Shown here piece by piece: positions 36,641-48,046 of a stretch of DNA of 64,000 nucleotides. The stretch's first letter is position 1; each line of letters starts with the position of its first letter. The stretch is from assembly GCA_030390025.1 (NCBI GenBank), contig CM059432.1:27468001-27532000 (forward strand), written 5' to 3'. This DNA is from Squalus acanthias. Its lineage: Eukaryota. Made by a program: the position numbers and the translations under genes. A model generated the notes under the pieces. The model did no database searches and was not told where the DNA came from. It worked only from the letters and a program-made list of their open reading frames with translations.

Positions 36641-37360
36641 AAATAACAACAGAAAACGCTGGAAAAACTCAGCAGGCCAGGCAGCATCCGTAGAGAGAGA
36701 AAGAGAGTTGACGTTTCAGGTCGATGACCTTTCATCAGAACTGGGAAGAGCTGGAAATCAAATAGATTTAAGGCCAGGGTAAAGCTGGGAAAAGGGGGAG
36801 GGGATAAAGGAACAAAGGAGGAGATGAAGAGACATTAAGAGACATTAAGAGATATGCAAGGCTAGAGGTGGTGTTAATGTGACAGATTAAGGCTGAATGA
36901 AGTGTGAAATCCACTGGCAGAATGAAGGACAGCTGCCAGCTTCTAGGAGGAAAAAAAAGGTGGGGGGGACAAATAAAAGGGTGGATAAAATAAAATATAA
37001 ATGTGATTGGAGCTGAGGTTATGATCTAAAATTGTTGAACTCGATATTGAGTCCAGAGGGCTGTAGCGTGCCTAAACGAAAGATGGGGTGCTGTTCCTCG
37101 AGCTTACGCTGAGCTTCCGTGGAACAGTGTAATAGGCCGAGGACGGTGAGGTCAGAGTGGGAGTGAAGCGGTGAATTAAAGTGACAGGCCACCGGGAGCT
37201 CGGGGTCCCCCTTATGGACTGAACGGAGGTGTTCCGCAAAGCGGTCACCCAATCTGCGTTTGGTCTCCCCAATGTAGAGGAGTCCACATCGTGAGCAGCG
37301 AATACAGTATACTAAATTGCAGGAAGTACAAGTAAATCGCTGTTTCACCTGGAAGGGGTG
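36641..37360 (-). mobile_element. Penelope-like element 3' fragment: GIY-YIG endonuclease, 3' UTR and terminal repeat (family A)
   Basis: FTCTSCNLVYCIRCSRCGLLYIGETKRRLGDRFAEHLRSV...PVACHFNSPLHS...LGTLQPSGLN, stop at 37019. Confidence 0.9.
36706..36742 (-). ncRNA. Minimal type I hammerhead ribozyme motif (family A)
   Basis: Minus strand reads AGTT-CTGATGA-A-AGGTC-ATC-GACCT-GAAAC-GTC-AACT: intact core, GUC cleavage triplet, stem I AGTT/AACT. Confidence 0.8.
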
Positions 37361-40300
37361 AAACCTAGACCAAGCGCACCGCTTCCTTCTTGGGGCGCTA
37401 ACGTTGGAGAGCGGGACGGAGACTTCAGCGGCGTTGCACACTGGGCCACCAAGGCAGCCGCGATCCCGCGCGATCAGCCCTGCACTCAAGCAGAGAGCCG
37501 GGCTGATCAATCGCTGGCAGGAACCCGTGAAAAAAACTAGAACAAGAAAGTTAGTTTTTTTTTTACTTACCTCGGCCACCTCGCCTTTAATCATCGCCCC
37601 CTAAGCAGCCGGCTGCCCGATACACGCCCCCTGCAGCTGTCGGTGTTTTCGCCCGGCGCTGCTGCAGGGGGTGGAAGTCAATTTCGGGACTGGGGCGCTA
37701 CCGGAGCGATGCGCACGGCGATGACGTCACGACCTCTGGGCGAAAGAGAGCGGGGAGCAACGCCGTAGCGCTGCCACAAAACTCCTGCCGAATATGGCGG
37801 GAGTCGATGTCAGCGCCGTGCCCGGTCACAAAGCCATTTGCGCCCCCTGTTAGCCCCCCCCTGGGTGGCGCTAACGGGGGCTACAAAGACATCCAATTTC
37901 ACCCCAAGGACTTTTCTTTGGGCAGTTCATGTTTACCTGCCTCTGTGAGTGAAAGCATTACGGTGAATACCAAAGGAAATAGTTTCTCTCTGTCTACTCT
38001 ACCCAGCGAGTGATTTCAATGTGGAACTTGCTACCACAAGGAGTAGTTGGGGCGAATAGCATAGATTCATTTACGAGGAAGCAAGATAAACACATGAGGG
38101 AGAATGGAATAGAGGGCTATGTTGATGGGGTGAGATGAAGAAGGGTGGGAGGAGGCTCGTGTGGAGCATAAACACCGGCATAGACCTGTTGGGCCGAATG
38201 ACCTGTCTCTCTGCTGTAAATACTATGTAATACCTCAATTAGATCACCCCTTAATCTTCTATACTCGAGGGAATACAAGCCTACTCTATGCAACCTGTCC
38301 TCATAATGTAACCCTTTTAGCCCTGGTATTGTTCTGGTGAATCTGCACTGCACCTCTTCAAAGGCATCATCTCACTTTCCCCCAAAGCTACTCCTTGCTT
38401 CAGCCAAGATCTCGACTCTTGCTCCCTCCCTCTGACAGTTCCTGCCCCCGCGCTGTTCTACCTCCCTCCGTGGAGCTGGAGGCGCTGTCTATCACCAGAG
38501 TGCCAGCCATGGTCCAGTAGCAGCACTCTCTCCTCTGAGTCAGAAGATTGTGGGTTCAAGTCCCACTCCAGAGACTTGAGCACAAAATCTTGACTGACAC
38601 CTCAGTGCACTGTTGGAGGTGCTGTCTTTCGGATAAGATGTTAATACGAGACCCCATCTGCTCTCTTAGTTGGACATAAAACATCCCGTGGCACTATTTC
38701 TAAGAAGAGCAGGGGAATTCTCCATGGTGTCCTGGCCGATATGTGTCCCTTAACCAATATCACTAAAACAGATTATCTGGTCCTTATCACATTGCTGTTT
38801 ATAGGACCTTGCTGTGCACAAATTGGCTGCTACATTATGACAGTGACTACACTTCAAAAGTACTCATTGGCTGTAGAGCACTTTGGGATGTCCTGTGTTT
38901 GTGAAAGGCGCTATATAAATGCAAGTTCTTTCTTTTTATTGAGCGATTCCCTGGTTGAATATCCCTCATGCCTGGTTGCTGGTTCCGCCTCCGCCGCCCT
39001 TGCATTCGCCAGAGATGTGGCTTGCCATATTTCCTGTGAAGTTATGGCAGTGGAGGGGGTGGACCAGCCACCACCACTCCAGAGAGCCCCGGAGACAAGA
39101 GCTCCGGCCTCTGAATACTGGGTTGATGGCCAGTGGAATACTTGTGTCCGATGGTCGTAAAGTGGTGACCACCCCCACCCCCACCCCCTCCCATTGATCT
39201 AGTCGGGCTAATAACCTGCCCTGTGCTCGCTGACCTACATTGGCTCCCGGTCTGGCAATGCCTTGATTTTAAATTGTCATCCTTATTTTCAAACCCCTCC
39301 ATGGCCTCGCCCCTTCCTATCTCTGTAACCTCCTCCTGCCTTACATTGCTCTGAGATCTCTGCATTCCTCCAAGTCCAGCCTCTTGCGCATCCCTGATTT
39401 TCTTCGCTCCACCAGGCTGTGCCTCAAGCTACCTAGGCCCTAAGCTGTGGAATTCCCTCCCTAAACCTCTCTGCCTCTCTCTCTCTCCCCCTTTAAGGTG
39501 TCCCTTAAAACCTACCTCTTTGACCAAGCTTTTGGTCCCCTGTCCTAATATCACCTTATGTGGCTCGGTGTCACATTTTGTTTGATAACACTCCTGTGAA
39601 GCTCCTTGGGATGTTTTACTATGTTAAAGGTGCTATATTAATGTAAGTTGTTGTTGTCCACGTAGAAAAGGGGGCTTTTGTTACGGAAACATAGGAACAG
39701 GAGTAAGCCGGTTCTGCCATTCAATTAGATCATGATGCGGAGATGCCGGTGTTGGACTGGGGTGGACAAAAATGAGAAGTCGCACAACACCAGGTGCTGA
39801 TCTGTAGCTTAACCATCTAGCCGCCTTGGATCCGTAACATCCCGCTATGCTGGATGTAATAGCAGCGGTTGCCTCAGGGAAGAGGAGAGAGTGTTGCTAT
39901 GACCTGGAGATGTGAAGGATTTCAACAGCAAAGCAAATCTCAAGAGCTCAGGCAACTCTCCTGGCCCAGCAAGAGGGAGCAATCCTACCCAGCGACCCAG
40001 CCCCCGCAACCCAGTGTTTTCACCTCACAGCTAACAAGTAAAACTTAAATTGAGCCTTGATAAGGGAAAGTTTAGAAGTTGCCTCATCAGACTGGCTCCA
40101 TCCTGTCCCAGTCTCTCCTTTTAACAAACACTACATTTGCAAATGCGCATGCTGGAACCCTGTGCTGATTGCAGTGTGAAGTTCAAAGCAAATGGAGGCA
40201 AGCGTGGGCTGGGCTTTCCAAAGTACAAGCAGACCAGTGTTACGACTGCCTTGAGGAGAAATGCAATATGCTGATCACCTTTTTCACCTCCCTTTAGACA

Positions 40301-40789
40301 AGGAGTGCATTGAAAAGTTCCCTGCTGATATCAAATTACTGGAACATTCTGGTCACAATCAGATCAAAGCATAATGAATTGGGTCTGCTTGTGCTTTTTT
40401 CATAGATAATGGAAGGTGTCCCATCAAGCGATTAACTACGTATTGTACAGCTCATTGTTAATGTCTGTCTCCCAATACAGAGTCATTTTATCTTTCCCTT
40501 AAGTGTAAAACAATAGGACCCATTTCTGACTACAAGTATTTAACAGTAGGTGGGTTTACTGCTGTGGAGTAGGCCATTGTATTTCAAAATGTAAGACAGC
40601 AGGAATTTGCGCCTGATACACTGATGAATAAGCAATAAACAAGGTGGAGAAGATCCCATCAAACTGGCTCCGACACGACAAGAACAGACCGTCAAGTAAA
40701 AGGAAGGCCTCCTCCCCCCCGCCCCCCACCCCTCCCTCCATTTTCTGGCACTAAGCCCATAAACCAAGGCGGCTACAGATCTCCAGTAC

Positions 40790-40834
40790 CTCATCCGCAC
40801 AGCCCTTCTTGGATTGAGCACAGCCCTGCCCCAT
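40790..40834 (-). CDS. Candidate first coding exon (MGQGCAQSKKGCADE)
   Basis: ATG at 40834 in AGAATGG context, 45 nt, donor GAG|GTACTG. The MG..C N-terminus resembles lipidated proteins. Confidence 0.25.
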
Positions 40835-42084
40835 TCTGTCCTGCCATTCACGCACGCGCACACACACACACGCACTTTCCAGCAGGATCTTTGGACAGTG
40901 CGATGGGGAGGGATTTTGATCAGAAATGAAAATAGAAAATGCTGGAAATACGCGACAGGTCCAGCCAGCATCCATAAAGAGGAGAGACAAGTTGTGACGT
41001 TTCAGTTGTTGACCTGAAGCGTTAGAATCGGTGTTTTCTCTGTACCGATGCTGACTGAGGCACCTTGGGATATTTTACTACGTTAAATATCAATGCATTT
41101 TCTGTTTTTACTTCAGTGTTTGCATATTTTTTTCCTTTTACTGATTGGGACCGAGGCGCACTGTGATGTTCCCCCTTCCACTCCCCTCACTGTCTAAACG
41201 CACTTATACAATGCAGTACTGATTTCAGGAGAGCAATGCCGGCGAGCCCATTGGCAGTTCACATAGACCCACAATACATTGCGTCTCTGGTGCTGCACGA
41301 ATGAGGCAAATCGGGGTCTTTGTATTACTCAACGCAGCCTATGACAAGACCGTGTGGGGGAGGGGGGTCGTTCTGGCTGCCTGCCCCTATTTCGTGGTCT
41401 TGTACGTGACCGGGTGGCCCTGGAGAGGGAGCACATACGCTCGGGGCCTTCGGCGACTGGTGGACACAGTGTCGTAGACACAAATAACAACATTTATGAT
41501 TTAGATTTGTAAGTCTCCCTTTTGGTTAAATTAGATTATAAGTATGAATTATTATATTAGTCATGCCTCCTCACGAGGGGACACTTGTAATTTGTTTTCC
41601 TGTTGATGTCACTCTTATAGGTCAATTAAAAAAAAGACATGTATTAATAAGGAAATGGCCCGGCACGGTTAGTACAGAGCCACTCAGAACTGCTCTCTGC
41701 CAACACCTTCAGCACCTCGATCTAATTCCTGTAGAGCGAGCATATCAGCTGGCTTGGGAGCCTTGCTCTGCACTGCCACTTTCCTCAGAAGGACTTTCCA
41801 ATTAAAACGTAGAGGTTTGCTTTGATTACGGTGTTGCTAATGCCGTAAAACTACGCTACCCAGCTCCTCACATGCTTAACCAAATGAATTGCTGAGCGAC
41901 TGCACTCCAGTAGAGTCCCAGGCCAGATCTGAAGCCTGTGCTGAGTTGACTGATCTCGCTGAGATGGTGGCAGTGCCACTCCAAATTGCTGCGGTGCTCT
42001 TGTGTTTGAGTTAGGAGAACCCGTCAGTGTGCCCTCTCCAGATTGTCATCCAGCGACCTCACATGGCTCTCACTGACAGAGGGA

Positions 42085-44178
42085 TACCTGCACATCACCC
42101 ACTGATGGGCAATACCCTCACATCACCCTCTGACGGGCAATACACTCACATCACCCACTGACAGGCAATACCCTGACATCACCCACTGATGGGCAATACC
42201 CTGACATCTCCCACTGATGGGCAATACCCTCACATCTCCCACTGATGGGCAATACCCTGACATCTCCCACTGATGGGCAATACCCTCACATCTCCCACTG
42301 ACGGGCAATACCCTGACATCTCCCACTGATGGACAATACACTCACATCACCCACTGATGGGCAATACCCTCACATCACCCACTGATGGGCAATACACTCA
42401 CATCACCCACTGATGGGCAATACCCTCACATCTCCCACTGGCGGGCAATACACTCACATCACCCACTGATGGGCAATACCCTCACATCTCCCACTGGCGG
42501 GCAATACACTCACATCACCCACTGATGGGCAATACCCTCACATCACCCACTGATGGGCAATACCCTCACATCACCCACTGATGGGCAATACCCTCACATC
42601 ACCCACTGATGGGCAATACCCTCACATCACCCACTGATGGGCAATACTCTCACATCACCCACTGACAGGCAATACCCTGACATCAGCCACTGATGGGCAA
42701 TACCCTGACATCAGCCACTGATGGGCAATACCCTCACATCTCCCACTGATGGACAGTACACTCACATCACCCACTGATGGGCAATACACTCACATCACCC
42801 ACTGATGGGCAATACCCTCACATCTCCCACTGATGGGCAATACACTCACATCTCCCACTGATGGGCAATACCCTCACATCACCCACTGATGGGCAATACT
42901 CTCACATCACCCACTGACAGGCAATACCCTGACATCAGCCACTGATGGGCAATACCCTCACATCACCCACTGACGGGCAATACACTCACATCACCCACTG
43001 ATGGGCAATACACTCACATCACCCACTGATGGGCAATACCCTCACATCTCCCACTGATGGGCAATACACTCACATCACCCACTGATGGGCAATACACTCA
43101 CATCACCCACTGATGGGCAATACCCTGACATCTCCCACTGACAGGCAATACTCTCACATCACCCACTGATGGGCAATACCCTCACATCTCCCACTGATGG
43201 GCAATAGACTCACATCACCCACTGATGGGCAATACACTCACATCACCCACTGATGGGCAATACCCTCACATCACCCACTGATGGGCAATACACTCACATC
43301 ACCCACTGATGGGCAATACACTCACATCACCCACTGATGGGCAATACCCTCACATCTCCCACTGATGGGCAATATCTTACATCACCCACTGATGGGCAAT
43401 ACCCTGACATCACCCACTGATGGGCAATACACTCACATCACCCACTGATGGGCAATACCCTCACATCACCCACTGACGGGCAATACCCTCACATCACCCA
43501 CTGACGGGCAATAGACTCACATCACCCACTGATGGACAATAGACTCACATCACCCACTGATGGACAATAGACTCACATCACCCACTGATGGACAATAGAC
43601 TCACATCACCCACTGATGGGCAATACACTCACATCACCCATTGACGGGCAATACCCTCACATCACCCATTGACGGGCAATACCCTCACATCACCCACTGA
43701 CAGGCAATACCCTGACATCACCCACTGATGGACAATAGACTCACATCACCCATTGATGGGCAATAGACTCACATCACCCACTGATGGACAATACACTCAC
43801 ATCACCCACTGACAGGCAATACACTCACATCACCCATTGACGGGCAATACCCTCACATCACCCACTGATGGGCAATACCCTCACATCACTCATTGACGGG
43901 CAATACCCTCACATCACCCATTGACGGGCAATACCCTCACATCACCCACTGATGGGCAATACCCTCACATCTCCCACTGATGGGCAATACCCTCACATCA
44001 CCCATTGACGGGCAATACCCTCACATCACCCATTGACGGGCAATACCCTCACATCACCCATTGACGGGCAATACCCTCACATCACCCATTGACGGGCAAT
44101 ACCCTCACATCACCCATTGATGGGCAATACCCTCACATCTCCCACTGACGGGCAATACACTCACATCTCCCATTGACA
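42085..44178. repeat. 28-bp minisatellite, about 75 copies
   Basis: Consensus CATCACCCACTGATGGGCAATACCCTCA, period 28 (for example 42121 and 42149), no spacers. Confidence 0.97.
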
Positions 44179-44567
44179 GCAACGCCCATGACTCCTCCGA
44201 TGTAATTCTGCGTGTCTCCTACTGATGGGCAATACCCACATATCGGCCAGTCACTGAAAATGCCCACCTGTTTCCTGCTGACGGAGGGAGACCCACGCGA
44301 CTTTTGGCACTGCCCTGCTATAATCCAATCCTTTAACAAGCCCTCCCGGCAGCACTCCTGCTGTTGAGTTTTACCTCAGTGTTCAAGCCAAACAAAAGCA
44401 TGTCAGGGTTAATCCAAACTCTCAGTAACTGTTTGTGATTTGTTTTTAAGGGGTCCTCTAATCGTCAGATTCACTCTCTAATCCCATCAAAAGATTTTGC
44501 ATATCACATTGCTGAGTTGTCTCAGTGTCCTGGCTCAACCTGTGCAAAGATGGAACTGATGTTCTCG

Positions 44568-47500
44568 GGGTAATTTTTGATAAAGCAGTTCGGGAGCATT
44601 TAAACTAGTATGGCAGGGGGCTAGAAACCTATGTAGTGAAATAGAGGAAAGTGAAAGGCAGACAGAAATAAATGGTAAAAGGGTGAGGAACAAAAAACAA
44701 AGGGCCAAACTAATTCATAAAAAATGTGAGCATAAAAAAAGCCTGAGGGTTTTATACCTTAATGCGAGAAGCATCAGGAACAAGGTAGATGAATTAGCTG
44801 TGGAAATAGAGGTTAATAATTATGATCTAATTGGGATTACGGAAACATGGTTGCAGGGTGAGCAGGGCTGGGAGCTTAACATACAGGGGTATTCAGTATT
44901 TAGGAAGGATCGACAAAAAAGAAAGGGAGGAGGGGTAGCATTGCTGGTAAAAGAGGGGATAAATGCAATTGAAAGGAAGGATATTAACTCAGTTAATACA
45001 GAATCTATATGGGTGGAGCTAAGAAATAGCGAGGGGCGAAAAACATTAATAGTAGTGGTATATAGGCCTCCAAATAGTAAAATAGAGGTTGGGGAGGGCA
45101 TCACGAGGGAAATTAGAGAAGCGTGCAATAAGAGCACAGCTGTCATCATAGTTGACTTTAACTTACATATAGATTGGAATAGCCTAATCAGTAAAAATAA
45201 TGAGGAGGAGGAATTCCTTGAGTGTTTAAGGGATGGTTATCTGGATCAATATGTCAAGGAACCAACTCGGGAACAGGCTATATTGGACTGGGTACTGTGC
45301 AATGAGAAGGGACTAATTAGTAATCTTGTTGTACGGGGACCCTTGGGTCAGAGTGATCATAACATGATCGATTTCTCACTCGAAATGGAGAGCGAAGAAA
45401 TTGACTCAGAGACTAAGGTCCTGAATTTAAACAAGGGGAATTATGATGCCATTAGACGGGAACTGAGTAGGTCTGATTGGACAACGTTCCTGGGAGGACT
45501 GGAGGTAGATAAACAATGGCAAGCATTTAAAGATAGAATGACAAAATTGCAAAAATTGTTTATACCAATCTGGCATAAAAGGAAATCTAAAAAGGTGACT
45601 CAACCGTGGATAACAGGGGAAATTAGAGACAGCATAAAATCCAAAGATAGGGCGTATAAAATAGCCAAAAAAAGCGCCAGAGCGGAAGATTGGGAACAGT
45701 TTAAGATAGAGCAAAGGAGGACAAAGGGCTTAATCAAGAGGGGCAAAATAGCTTACGAAAGCAAGCTGGCGGAAAATATAAAAACTAACTCCAAAAGCTT
45801 TTATAAGTATATCAAGAGGAAAAGACTGGTGAATACCAAAGTTGGCCCATTGCAGTCAGATACGGGGGAATATATAACGGGAAATAAGGAAATGGCAGAC
45901 CAACTAAATGCATACTTTGGGTCAGTCTTTACGAAGGAAGACACAAAAAACCTCCCTGGGATATCGGGAAAAATAGGGACATTGGCAAAGGAGGAACTGA
46001 CGCAAATCAATATCTCTAAGGATATGGTGTTAAGGAAGCTAAAGGGATTGAAGGCGGACAAATCCCCAGGGCCTGATAACATGCATCCTAGGGTACTGAA
46101 GGAGGTGGCCCTAGAGATAGCGGATGCACTAAGTATGATTTTTCAGAATTCATTAGACTCGGGAACAGTGCCCATGGATTGGAGGGTAGCTAACGTTACC
46201 CCACTATTCAAAAAGGGGGGTAGGGAAAAAGTAGGTAATTACAGACCTGTAAGCCTTACATCAGTTGTGGGCAAAATGCTGGAGTCCATCATTAAGGATG
46301 AAATAGCGGAGCACTTAGCAAATGGGGACAGGATAGGACAGAGTCAACATGGATTTACAGAGGGTAAATCGTGCTTGACTAATCTATTGGAATTTTTTGA
46401 GGGAGTAACTGGTAAAATAGATGGGGGAGAGCCAGTAGATGTGGTGTACCTGGACTTCCAAAAGGCCTTCGACAAGGTCCCACATAAAAGATTAGCATGG
46501 AAAATTGAAGCTCATGGGATAAAGGGGAAAGTATTGACGTGGATAGAGAACTGGCTGTCAGATAGAAAACAGAGAGTTGGAATAAACGGCTCATTTTCTG
46601 AATGGCGGGCAGTAACAAGTGGGGTACCACAGGGATCTGTCCTGGGTCCCCAGCTGTTCACAATTTACATTAATGACCTGGATCAGGGAGTCGGATGCAG
46701 CATTTCCAAATTTGCAGACGACACTAAACTAGGAGGGGGGGTGGGCTCAGAGGAGGAGACCAGGAAGCTCCAGAGCGATTTGGACAGACTGGGTGATTGG
46801 GCGGATAAATGGCAGATGCACTATAATGTGGACAAGTGCGAAGTTATCCACCTTGGGTGCAGGAACGGGAGGGCAAATTATTATTTAAATGGCAATAAAT
46901 TGGGAGAGGGGGAAGTACAGAGAGACCTGGGTGTTCTTGTACACCAGTCACTGAAGGCGAGCATGCAGGTGCAACAGGCGATCAAGAAGGCAAACGGTAT
47001 GCTGGCCTTCATAGCAAAAGGGTTGGAATACAGGAACAGGGATACCTTGCTGCAGCTGTACAGGGCACTGGTGAGACCACACCTCGAGTACTGTGTACAG
47101 TTTTGGTCGCCTCATCTGAGGAAAGATGTTCTTGCCATGGAGGGGGTGCAGCGGCGATTCACCAGGCTGATACCAGGAATGGCGGGATTGACCTATGAGG
47201 AGAGACTATGTAGTTTAGGGATGTACACACTGGAGTTTAGAAGATTGAGAGGGGACCTCATAGAAGTGTATAAAATTCTGACAGGTCTAGACAGACTAGA
47301 TGCAGAAGGAATGTTTCCCTTGGCGGGTGAGAACAGAACTAGAGGACATAATTTAAGGATAAGGGCTAAACCATTTAGGACAGAAATGAGGGGGAATTTC
47401 TTCACTCAGAGGGTGGTGAACCTGTGGAACTCATTGCCACAGAGGGCAGTGTACGCCAGCTCATTAAATATATTTAAGAGGGAATTAGATATATTTCTAC

Positions 47501-47654
47501 AGGCAAAAGGGGTTAAGGGTTACGGAGAGAAGGCGGGGACGGGATACTGAATTGGAGGATCAGCCATGATCTCATTAAATGGCGGAGCAGGCTCGAAGGG
47601 CCGGATGGCCTACTCCTGCTCCTATCTTCTATGTATCTATGTATCTATGTATGT
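44568..47654 (+). mobile_element. Young CR1 LINE, 5'-truncated at the end of ORF1
   Basis: ORF1-type tail (AVREHLN*, stop 44606-44608), complete ORF2, short 3' UTR and (ATGTATCT)n tail at 47631-47654. The 5' boundary is approximate. Confidence 0.9.
44683..47550 (+). CDS. CR1 ORF2: APE endonuclease plus reverse transcriptase, 955 aa, uninterrupted
   Basis: YLNARSI, GITETWL, DFN and SDHN (APE); NYRPVSLTS, LDFQKAFDKVPH, GVPQGSVLGP and FADDTKL (RT); CR1 C-terminal RTRGH...FFTQRVVNLWNSLP. Confidence 0.95.
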   Translation: MRNKKQRAKLIHKKCEHKKSLRVLYLNARSIRNKVDELAVEIEVNNYDLIGITETWLQGEQGWELNIQGYSVFRKDRQKRKGGGVALLVKEGINAIERKDINSVNTESIWVELRNSEGRKTLIVVVYRPPNSKIEVGEGITREIREACNKSTAVIIVDFNLHIDWNSLISKNNEEEEFLECLRDGYLDQYVKEPTREQAILDWVLCNEKGLISNLVVRGPLGQSDHNMIDFSLEMESEEIDSETKVLNLNKGNYDAIRRELSRSDWTTFLGGLEVDKQWQAFKDRMTKLQKLFIPIWHKRKSKKVTQPWITGEIRDSIKSKDRAYKIAKKSARAEDWEQFKIEQRRTKGLIKRGKIAYESKLAENIKTNSKSFYKYIKRKRLVNTKVGPLQSDTGEYITGNKEMADQLNAYFGSVFTKEDTKNLPGISGKIGTLAKEELTQINISKDMVLRKLKGLKADKSPGPDNMHPRVLKEVALEIADALSMIFQNSLDSGTVPMDWRVANVTPLFKKGGREKVGNYRPVSLTSVVGKMLESIIKDEIAEHLANGDRIGQSQHGFTEGKSCLTNLLEFFEGVTGKIDGGEPVDVVYLDFQKAFDKVPHKRLAWKIEAHGIKGKVLTWIENWLSDRKQRVGINGSFSEWRAVTSGVPQGSVLGPQLFTIYINDLDQGVGCSISKFADDTKLGGGVGSEEETRKLQSDLDRLGDWADKWQMHYNVDKCEVIHLGCRNGRANYYLNGNKLGEGEVQRDLGVLVHQSLKASMQVQQAIKKANGMLAFIAKGLEYRNRDTLLQLYRALVRPHLEYCVQFWSPHLRKDVLAMEGVQRRFTRLIPGMAGLTYEERLCSLGMYTLEFRRLRGDLIEVYKILTGLDRLDAEGMFPLAGENRTRGHNLRIRAKPFRTEMRGNFFTQRVVNLWNSLPQRAVYASSLNIFKRELDIFLQAKGVKGYGEKAGTGY

Positions 47655-47906
47655 AAAAGCACCAAAAAAATCAGATCAGCTTGTCATTCATTTTATTGGT
47701 GTTGTGGGACTTTGTTGGCCCAGAAAGGCTGCCGAATTTACCTGTATAACAACAATCAACAACTGCATTTATATAGTACCTTTGAAAACATCCTAAGATA
47801 CTTTGCAGAGGGACAAACAGATGCCAAGCAATGGTGTAAGAATTAGGGGGATGGCTAAAAGCATGATTAAAAAGATAGATTGCAAGGAGTGAAGCATGGC
47901 AAAAGG

Positions 47907-48046
47907 CGAAGTCGCACATCACCAGGTTATAGTCCAACAGTTTTATTTGAAATTACGAGCTTTCAAATAAAACTGTTGGACTATAACCTGGTGTTGTGCA
48001 ACTTCTCATTTTTGTCCACCCCAGTCCAACACCGGCATCTCCGCAT
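47907..48046 (+). mobile_element. Penelope-derived palindromic insertion (family B, hammerhead deleted)
   Basis: Inverted ACCAGGTTATAGTCCAACAGTTTTATTTGAAA arms; TSD CATGGCAAAAGG (47895-47906 and 48047-48058). Confidence 0.75.

Larger units (their letters stand above)
36515..37905. mobile_element. GC-rich Harbinger-type MITE (related to 965-1725) interrupted by a Penelope fragment
   Basis: Ends GGGGGAAAAAGATT and CAATTTCACCCC. Shares the GATGACGTCA and TTAGC..GGCGCTAA motifs with the 965-1725 MITE. Confidence 0.55.

Noticed and set aside
40298..40373. Plus-strand exon-like segment (KECIEKFPADIKLLEHSGHNQIKA*) after a pyrimidine-rich AG
   Set aside because: No partner exons or homology recognised. 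It also shows that exon-like patterns can arise by chance here.
42085..44178. CRISPR-like array of 28-bp repeats
   Set aside because: Units are directly tandem with no unique spacers, the context is eukaryotic, and there are no cas genes.
42085..44178. Array of FoxH1 binding sites (AATACAC) near foxh1
   Set aside because: The FoxH1 motif is AAT(A/C)(A/C)ACA; the units read AATACACT or AATACCCT and do not match.
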